From: Daphnia carinata
Taxonomy: Eukaryota
Assembly (NCBI RefSeq): GCF_022539665.2
Contig: NC_081333.1
Location: 8,432,001-8,496,000, forward strand
Direction of reading: 5' to 3'
Length of the DNA stretch: 64,000 nt
The translations under genes and the position numbers were made by a program. How positions within the stretch are numbered: position 1 is the stretch's first letter; each line of letters begins with the position of its first letter. Below, piece by piece: positions 41,601 through 54,547 of this stretch. The notes under the pieces are model-generated. The model was given only the letters and a program-made list of their open reading frames with translations, did no database searches and was not told the origin of the DNA.

Positions 41601-43792
41601 TTACCGTGAACTGAACATTGAAGGACTGAACGCAGACGGCGGGACGGAAACTGTTACTGTAAATTCCACATCAACTGGCCGGAAACGCTGGCAATAATTG
41701 TGTAGCTCAGCATTGGCTGCATGTGTAGCAAATAACAGATCAAGGCAACTGGAAGGAAACTGATGGGTCCCAAGTTCAAATTGCAAAGTGAAAAAGACGA
41801 ACAAAAAATCAAAAAAAAAAAGGAAAAAGAACGTATCAATATAATGCGCTCGATAAACAGCTGTCATCAAAGATACTGTCAAGTAGATTCTCATATTGGC
41901 AAACTAAACGCACAACAAAGAGACGTCTGGCAGTGTCTTGTTGACTTTTGATGGAGAGTTTCGCATGATGCTCTTGTTCGTGAATTGACTGACGCCAAGA
42001 TTTCGGGGAGAATCATAAAGTCAAAGGACACAACTGGCTGTATAACAAGGGTGTTGAAGAGGTAAAAGTGTATAGCCGGTACAAGGATTCGTTTGCAACC
42101 CATAAGAAAATGATCCGTCGACAGAGAAAAGAGGCACTGGCCGCTGCCAAGTGGTTCGCAAGGCCTTGTTAAGGGATGGTGGAAAAGAAGAAGACAGGGC
42201 TTGTTCTTACCTTTGGTCAGTGACGTCATGTTGCGGATGACTCGCTCTGCATTCTTGCGAGCAATGTAGAACCACTCGGAAGTGTTGGCCAAGTATTTGT
42301 ACTCTACAGCCAGATCCTTGGCCAAAATGGGGCCCTCCAACATTCGATAGGCAAAAGGACAGAAGAGAACGTAGTCCTTGTACTGGTCCCTATGCAACAT
42401 GAAAGACGCCCAAAACAGGAGAAGAGGGAACAATTAGAAAGCTGCGCATCGCCTCAATTCAAATGTGTAATGGCCGAAGGAATAAAGCCTATACTTGTCA
42501 TAGCAGTTGCCCGCAGCGAAAATGTCTTCGTCCATCTCGATGATGGAGTAGAGATTGACGTGTAAGAGGTATTCTGAATCGAGGACCTCCTTTTCAGCGT
42601 ACTTCCAGAGCCGCGTTAGCCAATTAGCTCGATTGACGGCCACTTCAGCTTCCAAGCGGAAACGATCCTGTGCGTAGCGATCCACTACTCCTTCACCCAA
42701 GGTATCGTCTGTTCCAGCTGTGCAGTTATCGCCCAGCAAAGATTGAGACTCAACGATGCGAAGGAATTTTGTCATAATATCCAGGTCAGGTTTGATGACC
42801 GGATCGTAGGTGTTCGGATCGTCCAGCGAGCTTGTATCCGACGCTTCTGCATCGCTGCTGTCGTACGCTTCGTCAGCTGATTCGCCTTCAGCGTCCGACA
42901 TTCTGTGGTGTCCATCATTCAGTACTTTCATAGCCGCGATCTTATTTTCCAATTTGGGCGCACCCGTCGGCGTCTCCGCTAAATTGGCCAAGGTGAGGAA
43001 CGAACGCGGTGCTATTGGCATTGGCGGATTTGGTCCTATTGTTTGACGATAGTTTTTATTATTCCCTTTGGCTACCGGATCTTTATTGTCGATCTGTTCT
43101 GTCTGCGGCTGGGTTTTGGTGGTGTAGACATCTGAGCTGTTCTCTTTCCCCACCATCGGCGACACCAAATTATTCGTTGGAGATCCGCTGGAAACGGCTT
43201 GTAACTTGGACTTTCTCGTCCCGGATGCGAGGATACGGAACGGTTTTGCGTTACCGGTGGCGTTGGCTTTCGTTCTACCGGATTTGATTTTACCGCTGCT
43301 CGGATTGGAATTGACGGCAGTGGTTTCTTTTTTCATTTGAACAGACACGTTGGCCTTCTTCTCCTCATCAACGCCGGATGCTGGTTTGGTGGCATCCTCG
43401 ACGTAATCCCACTCTTGCGTCTGACTAGTTTGATGGCCATCGATTTCTTGCTGATCCGTCTCCTTGTGTCGTACTTTCTGGTGCAAATGCCGGATTTTAG
43501 CCCAGACCTCATTGACACTTCCTGCTGGATGATCGGTGGCGCTGACTTTCACATCTTCCACCGATTCAGACGAATAACTCGCATAGTCCGTCTCACTCAT
43601 TTCTGTCTGCACGTTGGCAGAAATTCCATGTATTCGTGTGTAGTTAATTGGGGTCTGTAAAAGGGGAATAGAATTTGATTGGTTGGCCGAAGTCAATTCG
43701 CTTCGAACTCCGAAAACGTCCAGTCGCATCGTAGACATTAAAATGACCAAGACAATGTCAATTCCGATGACATCTGGCCGTTGCCGCTTCAT
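8667..43792 (-). CDS. CG31760: Class C orphan GPCR of the GPR158/GPR179 family, CG31760-like (~1359 aa, 14 coding exons)
   Basis: Exons 43792-42495, 42389-42211, 22347-22164, 21618-21495, 18320-18177, 17135-16935, 13996-13928, 13260-13151, 11119-10905, 10567-10429, 10327-10222, 10140-9958, 9859-9550, 9484-8667 total 4080 nt, all GT-AG and phase-compatible. Motifs: AVNRANWLTRLW, GKWSKPYFDCGGGNIWMMTYTVPFF, DIDQCP, GLGFRRGSYRCEC (EGF-like), CLPCPEGCDVCVDDSPC, WFREIGFSFAYGALMLKTWR, VRKAPSEFNESRFISMAIYNE, cytoplasmic coiled coil DIQAEIRRLLCELDQLK. The start codon is the least certain part. Confidence 0.92.
25308..25325. repeat. Poly(A) tract (~18 nt)
   Basis: Read directly; no target-site duplication or SINE body recognised next to it. 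Confidence 0.8.
32065..32099. repeat. (CT)n/(GA)n microsatellite, ~17 units with one interruption
   Basis: tctctctctctctctctctccctctctctctctct read directly, inside the large GPCR intron. Confidence 0.9.
39502..39525. repeat. C15 homopolymer followed by A9
   Basis: Read directly; it is a G15 run on the GPCR pre-mRNA strand. Confidence 0.85.
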
Positions 43793-46700
43793 CTTCTGCA
43801 ACTTGGGCCCTAACTCTGTTGTTCTTAACGAAGGAGATTAGCCTGTTTGCATTGCCCACTGGGAATCAGGAAGTTGAAGAGTCAGAAACAGCCGCAGCCA
43901 TAATCGACGCCCGGTAATGATTGATGGAATATTTGATTGAATTCATCGCCACAAAGTTTAACGTTGTCCTTGTAAGTTTTAATTTTTAATAATATTACGA
44001 AGTGGGATCATTTGGATAAGATTGAATAGCTTGTAATAGTCTATAGAACCTTCCAATGCCCATTCGTTCAGGATTCTTTTATGTGGCAGTGGTTGTAACT
44101 GGAATCGAGACACTTATTAATTAACACTCGAACGTCTCTTGCGGCAATTTTTTATTGGGTTTCGCCGTTAGAAACAGCCTTCGCTAAACTGAAACGCATT
44201 CACGTACACGCTGAAATGTCTCCACTAAACGGTAAACACTCAAAACTTGCACAAGTCCCGAAAAAGAAAAGAAACTGTCCAGTTCGGAGAAGTGAATAAG
44301 AGGACTTAGCAAGGACGAACGAATTGAATTTTTTAACGACACGAGGTTTGATATAAATGCGATAGCGTCTGCGAAAAGAAGCTTTATGGTGTGGGTGGAA
44401 ATGGCATACACCTCAAAAGGTGACTTTGCAAAAGAAAAAAAAAAAAAAGGAAAACAAAATTGATTAATGAAGAGAGTTGAATGAGATCACGGGAACGCGA
44501 CGGTGATGGTGCACGTCCTACAGAGGTCTCCCGAAGACTGGTGCACCTCTGCCTCGATCCTTGGACCACTCCATAACACGGTGGAGGATGTCGTGCTCCC
44601 ACCCCCGAAGGAAAGGAAGGAGAAGAAACAGAAGAAAGGGGAGAAAAAGGGGAAGACGAAGAAAGAAGAGCGACATGGCCGATACGTGCGTGCGTGGTAG
44701 GGATTCCAAAAGCCTTTAGCATAGAAGAGCGTCGTTTGATCCCGCGGCGGCGCCGTACTACCGTCATTCGCTATGATCAAACGTAAATAATGAGAGGAGA
44801 AGAATAACACCACCGTACTTTTGGAAACGCGAGAGGAATAATAAAGTAGACACTGAATACAACTGGGTTCCAGTTGATGCTGCAGTATTCGTTTGTCTAC
44901 CGCAGAATACAAGGTGTGTCTCATATTTTAATCATAGCAAACTGCATTGGTTCACGAAAACAGGGCTAAAGCGTATCGTTGCACCCAGGCTCCTATGTTG
45001 GTGTTTGCGACAGCCATTGAGGAGTCTATTAGTTGCTTTCCTAGTGAATTTTTATGCAAAAAAATGTTGTTTTTCCTTAGCTATCCGTATTAGATGAAAT
45101 GTAATCCAATGAAAGGTAAAAATTCAAAAAGATGATCCTTATTCAAAGTTGAGTAACGATTCGATTAGCACCCGTTGTCATTGACTTTCGATTACGTGCC
45201 CCTTTGGCCTGTTACTGGCACCCAGGTGAAGTGGAACCAAAAAAAGAAAGGGCATCCACGGAAGGCTATAATCGATTCACGCGTTGACCATCTGCCTATT
45301 CCCTCGTTCACCGCCGGAGCTGAGTGCGTATACAATGAGTTACGATTAAGTGATGCAATATGGCAAGAGACAAACTTTAGGACCTTCGAAAACGACAGCT
45401 TGTCCTTTTCGCTTTTGTTTCTGAATTGCGTTGCATAACGACGTAATCGTTTATACCCATCTAGGTATGAGCAGAGTGCACAATAAAGGGAACCCGATGA
45501 CATGATGTATTGCGACATAGTCATACATCAGTAATGCGTAAAGTGTCAAATCGAATAGCAGGGTAGCGAACACCAACGGGTGTTGGCAGAATTCAATGCA
45601 TATCCTACATATCTAGCACGTTCCATCTTGCAGATATTTCTTTTCTCGTCGATTTCGCCAGTTGATCCGCCAAGGACCAGTACTTGCCTCTTGTCAATTG
45701 TTTGTGCCAGCACATATTTTGCGGAAAAGGCTAACAAACTCCCGTAAATTTCCGAGTAGGTCTTTTGAGAACTCTCACGGAATTTTATAATACCCTTGAT
45801 TATTGAATGCATAGTTTAAGACAATCACATTGATTCTGATCGTTTGAAACTATTCCTAGCGGTAGTCTACATCTTTTCAAACGAGTATATGAACTATAAA
45901 ATACGTAGCTCTGTTTTTATTTTTAAATTTATGACCGTTTTTGGTGATTTATTTGTATCGCTTATCCCTCAAGCATTTGTTCTTTATGGCTGGAGAGTTT
46001 TCAACGCAGTTGATTAGAGAGCTAGTGCCACCGCATTCACCTTTCTGATGCGTGTGCAACTTTTCTTTAGTAGAGCTGTCGCCTCTTAGCTGAACCTGAA
46101 GTTGCTGATTTTCCAGATGCAACAAATTGCAAGTAGAGACAGAAATAATGGCGAGGTTGGATTAGAAACATTGCTGATGTTGCCCAAAGCGTAAGAGTTT
46201 ACAAGTCAAGTGTCGTGATGGCGGATTAGAAAACGTACGAGGCCGTGCTCGCCACCCACACAAGAATGCGGCAAACAGGAAAAAAAAAGAAACAACGAAT
46301 CAATATCTTAAAAAGAAAAAAAAAATTCCAAATCATCTCCTCCAGTTCTTTTTCCTGCTGATGATAGAGGACGGCAACATCTGCAGTGGACGCTTTTACG
46401 AATAAAACAGTGCGCTGCCCCCGCCTAGTCAGCATCCTCTTCAGCAATTCCTTGGATCTGTAAACATGCCGCGTTTCTGAAAGACAGTTCGTTTAAACAA
46501 CCAATGAATGAGCAATGGATGTTGTGTCCAATTCAAGAAATAATTATTATTTCATTACCTACCGCTAGTTATTAATGGGCCGCTCGATACGCTATGGAAC
46601 ATCAAATTTCAATTTTGAATGTGTCGATGGAGTGGTGCAGATGCGTGTTTTCATCGGGCGGAAACCAGCCCTAAAGAAATGAATTGCTATAGGATTTACT

Positions 46701-49700
46701 TCTCCGTTTTCTTCGGGTGCTATTATTTTTCTTTTTACTTCAAAAGACTGCCTCGTTTTTTCTTACACACTCCTTAAAAAACCAAAGTAGTAAACACAAA
46801 AGAAGATGGAGAGGATATTGAAATCGCGTTCCTCTCTGCTATAACGTCCGCCTAGGCCTCATTCTGCGTCGTCATAAACACGCAAAACTAAATCAAAAAA
46901 ATATTGGAATACAACAAGAGAAACAAAAATGAAAGAAGACTCAATATGGCGCATGAACATAAAAGGCTACATTTGCCGTTGGCATAGACAATTGAAGATA
47001 TACACATCGCGCTGCTTTTCTTTCCCCGTGTACATGTTTCTCCACTCTTTTTTGCGCGTCGAATGCTGTCGTAATACTCTTGTCACATCCTCGGTGACAC
47101 CAACGTCTTTCGTGATAACATCCGAATAATCAACGACAAGAATTTTTGCAGGTATTTCGTGAATGTCCTGGGAAATCAAAGAGAAGTAGAAGAGGTTTTG
47201 CTGATTTCATACGCGATACTAGGCTCTTTACTCTGCGTGTTTACTAAAGAAAAACTATACAAGCAACGGCCGGTATTTTAACACTAGACATAAAAGTAGG
47301 AAACGTCTTGGTGTATACTAGAGTTTGATCAATGTTTTGTTTCATGCCATCGATTAGACGCAATTGTTGGCAACCGTAAAAAAAAAACATTATTCTCCCC
47401 GGATTTGCCGCACCACGTCTCAGTCCCGGTATTCCGATTGGTGGCACTTTTAGATTGAAATCGAGTGCAGATTGCGTACATATTTGTAACACCACCTGCA
47501 ACTTGTGTTTGCTTGGCTGGAGTTCCAGCAATGATCTTAATTGCGTAACGGATTCAATCTCTCACTACCAAGTTTCTCCATCCTATGGCAAGCCAATCGT
47601 ACCGGCAGAAATCTTTAATTATACATTAACGACCGCCATAATCTCTGTTTTGATTGGGGGACGTCTCTAGATCATGACTTGGTACGAAACGGTACGATAG
47701 CAATAACAGTCATAAGTATAATGGTGAACTTTTCAACATTGATGTGTGTTCGACACGCTAACTTTACGTGGTATGTATAAATCCAACGCACGCTTCTGTG
47801 TTTGCTAATGAAAGAAAAGTATTTGGTTGTATGTTTACGTAAAGCAGTGATTGGTTTTGACCTGAGAAACCTTTTTTCTTATGCATAGGATCCCAGTTTT
47901 CAGTGTTCTGTACAAAAAAAATAACTTCTTCGCAAAACCTATTCCTACACCCTTCCTATTCAAAGATCTCCTATCCTCTTTTACCTTTGTCCTTGCATTT
48001 TATCTGCACGTGTGGAATTCTAGAGTAGTGGAACGGAAAATTAGAAGACAAATGCTGTTTGTATCGCTTCCGCTGAATGCGAAATAGTTTTCTGTCCCCT
48101 CCCAGTTCTATTCTCTCGTACCCAAACGAGGTCAGTTCATTTTTTTTTCCAGTCTACTGCAGTAGGAAATTTCAATCGTGCGAGGAAGGTATTAAAGCTA
48201 TTTACTCCATCATTCATGCAAGGGTGGTTAATGTAAACCGAGTGTCTAGTGCAAATCAACGGATTATTCCAACAGGTATTCGGGCCATCCGAATATTGCT
48301 CTGGTATTTGATGTTTTGGCACAGCTTTTCTATTTCTACGTTTGTTCGAATGAAATTAACAGGTAGTTTTGCAATAATAAGTGCCTGTGACAGTCGAACA
48401 TATGGCTGCGGTGGTATTTCGTGTAAAGTACAGCACGTTAGTTGGAAAGATGCCGTGAATAATCAGTACGATATCCATGACATCCATAGCTGTGTTGAAT
48501 GAAACCGCTACAAAAAGTACTGTACGTCTTTAAAAGCAGTTGAAAATATTTGGTTAATTCACTTTGTAATGAATATTTTTGTTTTAAAGTTCATTTAGGT
48601 TTACAAACATGGACAGCCTACGGGATCACCAAAAAATTCAGGATTATTCGCGTCGTACAAATGCCTTTTCCATCTCTTGCCGAATTCAAAAGGTGGTATC
48701 GATTGAAGCTCGAACAATCCGGGAGGATGAGGCTGCATAAAAAACAAGGTAAGAAATCGGAACTTTTCTTTTTGCCTACCACTATTTTCACCTAGCTCAT
48801 CACTCCAAATACTCATTACGACATTCAAAAGGAGTGGGACGTTTCACTAGTGTATATTTTTACTTTTTATCATACCACCTAGAATACTGATTATTGTCAA
48901 TCTGACGCTTCATTTCATATTTACTGTGGCTCTTCTTTATTTAGTTTGATCGACTCTTTTTAAATGTTCACACACTTCTCGTCTTTCAATCTCGATTTCA
49001 TATACTCGTCGCCAACGTTTCTATAACGGTTTCTGATTTGATTTCGAATGCTAAGACCATTATATTAAACGTTCCACGCGTAGGAAACAATCTGGTGTGA
49101 AATTCGATTCTTTTCAGCTTTTATTAAAAAACGAATTAGAACAGCAAAACACCTTAATATCAAACAAATGATTTCGTATTCAAATTTTGTCCTTTTTCGT
49201 CTTTTATTTGGAGTTGCTAATGGGTCACTTTGATATTGCAATGAATACGGAAAAATTGATGTGTATAAGCAGCACATGTGGCAGTGCTGCTTTGCAATCC
49301 ATTCGGTAGACTGGGAGATTCATAACTGGTTCGAGCATGTCACTCATCCACTCGGTAGTTTTGCAATAGACATTCAACAAATGATATTGCTCCAGACAAT
49401 CGAGTTCGTATTACACATATGTACAGAAGGGGGAAGCTACTTGTCTTCGAGTTCCCCATTCGATCTCCTTATACCATCAGCATCGATTTTTAACTCTGGA
49501 AAGACTTTTTTTTCCCTTCTTTTCTTCTTCCTCTGTCTGTGTGTGGTTCATACGTAAACACTAAGGGCAAGAACTTTTTTTTTCCGTCGCAATCATCGTA
49601 GAATAACAGCCCTCTTGGGGACCGCACGTCATTTGGAATGGTGGTCGTGAAACTGTGGGCGGATAACGGATCAAGTACTGAAGAAGAAAGACTGAAAACG

Positions 49701-52700
49701 AGACGAGAATGGCTGGGCAACACACGCAGCAGATTAACGACGTCAGATTGGGATCCCATAGAGAAATAACGATCCTTTCAGCCTTTACCCACAACCCTCC
49801 CGCCTTTTTTTTGTTTAAGCTAGAATTAGCTATTTTGACCATTCTCGTGATAAAACAGAGGTGTTCAATCAGAGAAGAAAGAATCCTAAATAAATCTGAT
49901 AGAAGAAATTCAATCATTGAATTATTGGGTATTCACTTCTGTTGAAATGAATGACATCGATATGCGCTTCTTGTCTTTTGTTCTGGCACGCACTGTCGGC
50001 TTACGATTATGTGCATCCAAATGAGTTTCGCCGTCATAGTTGATTGGTTGGTCTACGTCGCATTCGCTTCTCGTGTTCTTCACTCCACCATGTACCGTTC
50101 TAATTTATATTTATGAACTGAACAGAATCATTCCGCCAATTTCCCTTTGGCAGGAAGCCGGAACCCCGTCGTCCGTAAACCTTGGGAATCCTCTACCCGA
50201 AGAAAGAGGCAAGAAATAGAAGAATGGTTGAAGCCAACGAAAAACGAAGCGCAACAAAAAAAAAATAATATAAAACTAACTAGCTAAAGAAAGTAAGAAA
50301 CTCTGGCAACTTATTGCTCCAATTAAAACTCGTCAATATTAGCACAAATTTTTCTTCAATTTTTTCTGCAGGCATTGTACATCCAGAAGGGAGAAAACAG
50401 TAAAACGGAAGCAGTTCATTTACATACTGATGACACATTACTGCGCGCCACTACTTAAGGCGTATGCAAACTTCCATCCATAGTTTGGCTGTTCATTTAT
50501 ATAAGTAGAGCAAGCAGAAGAATAACTTAAAGATATTGGCACGGAGAAAGTCTATTTTGGCATTATTTCCATAGTTTACTTTTCTCGATGTTAGAATTCA
50601 AAATGCATCCGAAGGCTTCGCGACTTATAGGCAAGTTGCGTTTTCACACGGTCGAAGACGCTAGATGCGTTGGCGGTTGCAGTTGAGTTGACTTCTTTAA
50701 TTGACACAGTTACCAACCGTACGTTTTCCAGCTCTTCCACCATTGCTCCTCTTAAAAGCTTTTTCCAACATACTTTAATTTTTTTTTATTTAGAAATGTG
50801 ACACCTGACTCAACGAAACAAGCGAAGAACATATTTCTGCAGCTAAATTGTGTGACAGGTATATTCGTCTACTGTTGAAGTAGTTTCCCAAGCTGTGCAA
50901 GCCCAAACAAGGTAGTTGGTCCGTGCAAGTTTTATTGCTTCCATGGAGATTTCTTTGAATCTTTCTGCCTTTGAAGTCCCTCTGAGGTCTAAGTAAAAAC
51001 AAGGCACGTTCACATATATCCATCCTATTTCAGGTTTGCGCCGACACACGCTTCATATGGACGGATGCTATTGACGTGAGCGCTGAAATGTGCCTGAGTA
51101 CTTGATCTCGTATGTTCTTTTCGTGCTACACCTCCTGATAGCTGCTTGTTCCCGTTTGCACGTTCTTTCAAATGGAAAGGAAAGAAAAAGACTTTGGGGC
51201 AGAGAAAAGACAGAACGTGTCACGACAAATTTGAATGACAAGACGAGCAAGCGTTCTGACAGGAACGAGAGTATGGACATTAGATGACATAGAGAGGACA
51301 AGAAGAATTTAATCAACAACTCTACTGGAAGGAGTTCACAAGATATGCAGCTGACTTTCCATCAGTATGAGAAAGTTGAGAACGTACTCCATACACTTAG
51401 ACTGTTACGTTTGTGCTGTTCCGGTTGTAAGTTTTCTTGCGTTGCATCTAATCGTCAAATGGTTTGGAGAATAACAACTCCGGCTAAGGTAATAAGTTGT
51501 CACTGAATATAATTATTGACATTAACTGTACGCGACGAGTTATTCAGGTTAGTATTCGAATGAAAAAAAGGTATGGTTGACAAACACAAGAGAAAGTATA
51601 ACGTTTTGCTCTTTTGAAGTAAGGACCGGTACAGTATTACGTAAAAAGGCAAACCTGCAAATGTTCCAGGGTTTTCCTCGTTGCCAAGATAACTGTACAG
51701 TTGATATCCGTTCTCTTACTGCTTCTTTTCATATAAGACTGAAAAATGGCAAGGTAAGGAAACCGAAAACCTTATTCTATCATCTGTTCCCTAATTGATT
51801 ACCATGGAGAAACGGCCACTGATTGTACCCAGTAGTTTGAGGAAGAACTTTAAGTGCTTTTGTTTGCTAAGATTTTCTTATGCCATGGTTTCTCGAATGG
51901 TACGCCGACAACGATATGGCTGCCATTCTATGGTACATCAAAGCACTTACAATTTAAGCTTAAATACTTGTCCTTTTCTATACTTTTCTTCCTGCTTCTT
52001 TCGTATACTCGTTTATGTAAAGTTTTCTTGTCGGTCCTATTATTCAGCAGGGCGGATATACAATCGCATTGTGTAGTAGTCGAATCATGAAATCTACTTG
52101 AAACGGCGACGAACGGGGACCCCCACTATGGCAAAGGGTCTAAAAAGCTTTGTCCAAATGTTGCTTGTTAGTGCGCAGCCTCACGTCACTCATTATACAT
52201 TCGTGAAAGCGGCTGAATTTTTTTGGGTGTGAAAATCTCATCAAATCCCGTTGTTTCACGCCACACGCCCAACTTTAACGAGATTTCACGCTAGCGCTTT
52301 GGTGATTGCAGAGATATTCAATTAATTTAACCTATAATAGGGTGCAAAGAAAAAGACTTTTCTTTCCAAACGTCGCACCACAAAATTGGCCTCACTAGAC
52401 ACAAAATGCTTACTAGCTTTTATTGCAACTCGGCGTCATCCCAAGCAAGATGTTCATAAATTATGATGAATAATTCAAACCTGCGATAACTTTTTAAAAA
52501 TTATTATTGATCGAGTTATGGGACAAATGTGCTTCGCTAAAAGTTTCTAATTTGCATGTAACTTGATGAACTAGCGTGACTCACAATTAATGCTGTTCTT
52601 ATTTTTAGTTTAGCTAATAGTATTTCCTCAAAAGAGTAAATGTTGCAATCGAATAACCGTTGAAAATTTCGCAGGTCCGTGTCTGATTTATGATAATCGT

Positions 52701-53596
52701 AGGGCCAACGTAGGCTAATGGAAAAGTTGTGTGTAACGTTGTGCAAACATTAATAACAGAAAACCGCGTAGCGGAGCTGAATCCACTAGTTAACATTACG
52801 TTGTGCTGCAACCCTTTCGTCCTTGATTTGATAGCTTATTAGACATATTCGTGCCATGTCTCTTTTCTGCTGCAATCACTTTTTTAACAATTGCTCTTGC
52901 GATCTGTACAATGTAGTTCTTCTACCTGCAACGTGGATCAGTGTCTCGTAAAGTTGAATTTTGTATCCGGTGGTCAACAATTATTTAGTCTGATGCGAAA
53001 TGATGACAAAAAGCAATTTCTTTATAAGACTGGGTAGGAAAACGATCCTATGAAATAAAGTTTTACCGATTTTTACTGGTCACAGCAAAGAATCGATATC
53101 AAAAGTTCTTCTGTTCCCAATAAATTTTGAAGTTAATTTTTCCTACACTCAAGAACCATTAAAATGATTGCATCCAATAGATTATTCTGTAAACGATTAA
53201 TAACTTATCAAAAAGGAAAGGTTACAATGTAATGTCCTTTTCGTATGCCCGTTATAAAGTTTGTGTTGATACGCCCGACTATTGATGACATAAACATTCA
53301 GATCTCAATTCACCATATAAACAAATGAGATATGTCAATGCAGGTCACATTGCATGTAATGAAAATTTTCACAATCCTTGATTGAAACAAAAACCATCTT
53401 TACTATTGTAAAATGTATCATTCCTGCATTTCTTTTTGTATTCTTAATTAAATGAATATTTTTTGCAATTTGGCCAAAGTCAATTCCAACTGAAAGAAAC
53501 AATAGAATTGTAAATTACCTCAGTGAATGTATGAATGTATTTTCAATAACAAGAATGTTTTAGGACCACATGTTGCAGTTTGTTGTATGCATTGAC

Positions 53597-54031
53597 TCAA
53601 CCGATGAAGTTCATTACAGTCAGGTGAAGAACCATGTGTGCAAAAATGAAATCAGCAAAAGCACGCTCCGGGCTGATTTTTTCAAATTGGCCTTTGTTTT
53701 CTGGATTGACTTGAAGTCTCAAGCATGCTAATATGGCAGTAATATAAATAAATGCATGAAAGCAATGGATCCAGTATCAAAAACACATAATGATATTTTG
53801 AATAAACAAAACAAACTTACCGGCGAGGACAAACGATCCCACGCAAGATATAAATCCACTGAGGAAGGAATTAAAAGGAAATGTTCCAACCAGGCAACAG
53901 TAGAGAAATTGTACGATCCCCGTGAGTAGGATGTAGAAAAGGTACGCATCGATCAGCTTTAGTTTTGAGGGTGTCGTTTTGGCATATTCCTCATAGAATT
54001 TCGCTATTACGCTAGTTACACTGGCTGTCAT
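53597..54031 (-). CDS. DAD1: Oligosaccharyltransferase subunit DAD1/OST2 (113 aa)
   Basis: Exons 54031-53821 and 53727-53597 (342 nt): [113 protein letters not shown]. Confidence 0.98.
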
Positions 54032-54547
54032 TGTAATAAAACTTTTGTAATTTTATATGCAGAAACTTTATAAGCAAACCAAACGCCGGGTTAGAGAAGG
54101 GAGCTGTCAAAAAAATCCACGTATTTCCCTTTTACGAAGCGACGTTGCATTGTAAACTACACGTTTGTTATATTTTATAACATACTTTAAACAAGTTAGT
54201 TATGTCTAATGAATTAAATTTAATGAAAAATAATCTTATTAATATATTAATAAGACTGTAGTTATTTTTTAATTTGAATATTATGGCTCGCGCAACACTG
54301 AAGCTTCTTCTTAGCAACAACTTTTCCTTCACCTAGTTCTTTCTTGCTCCGCAAGAGCGTAGTAAAGTGTTCTTTACTCGCCGATCATTTTTTCACGTTG
54401 ACGAGCCAGGAGTGACTTTAGTAAGTTTATCTGAATTCATCCTAGAAATTAGAAATAGAGTTTCCACTTTTTATAGATATTTAAATTCAGCTAATGCTGT
54501 TTGGTCAATACTCAAACCAACGAAATATTGTTTTTTAAAGTTTCACC
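54032..54547. promoter_or_regulatory. Divergent promoter region of DAD1/RPL13, with TCT-type initiator and RPL13 5'UTR intron
   Basis: The two ATGs face away from each other about 0.5 kb apart, with a very AT-rich spacer at ~54170-54285. Pyrimidine tract with TTCTTTCT (YYCTTTYY, TCT motif) at 54337-54344. Probable UTR intron 54421-54540 (gtaagt...ttaaag). Confidence 0.6.

Noticed and set aside
41928..41939. TGGCAGTGTCTT, resembling the 5' end of miR-34
   Set aside because: The match stops at 12 nt and there is no convincing precursor hairpin.
47244..47531. ORF containing IPGLRRGA, reminiscent of the GPCR GLGFRRGSY exon
   Set aside because: The true exon is at 18177-18320; this one lacks the cysteines and splice sites.
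44925..53500. Numerous 60-140 aa ORFs in the upstream intergenic region
   Set aside because: They are F/K/L-rich translations of A/T runs with no domain similarity or exon chains.
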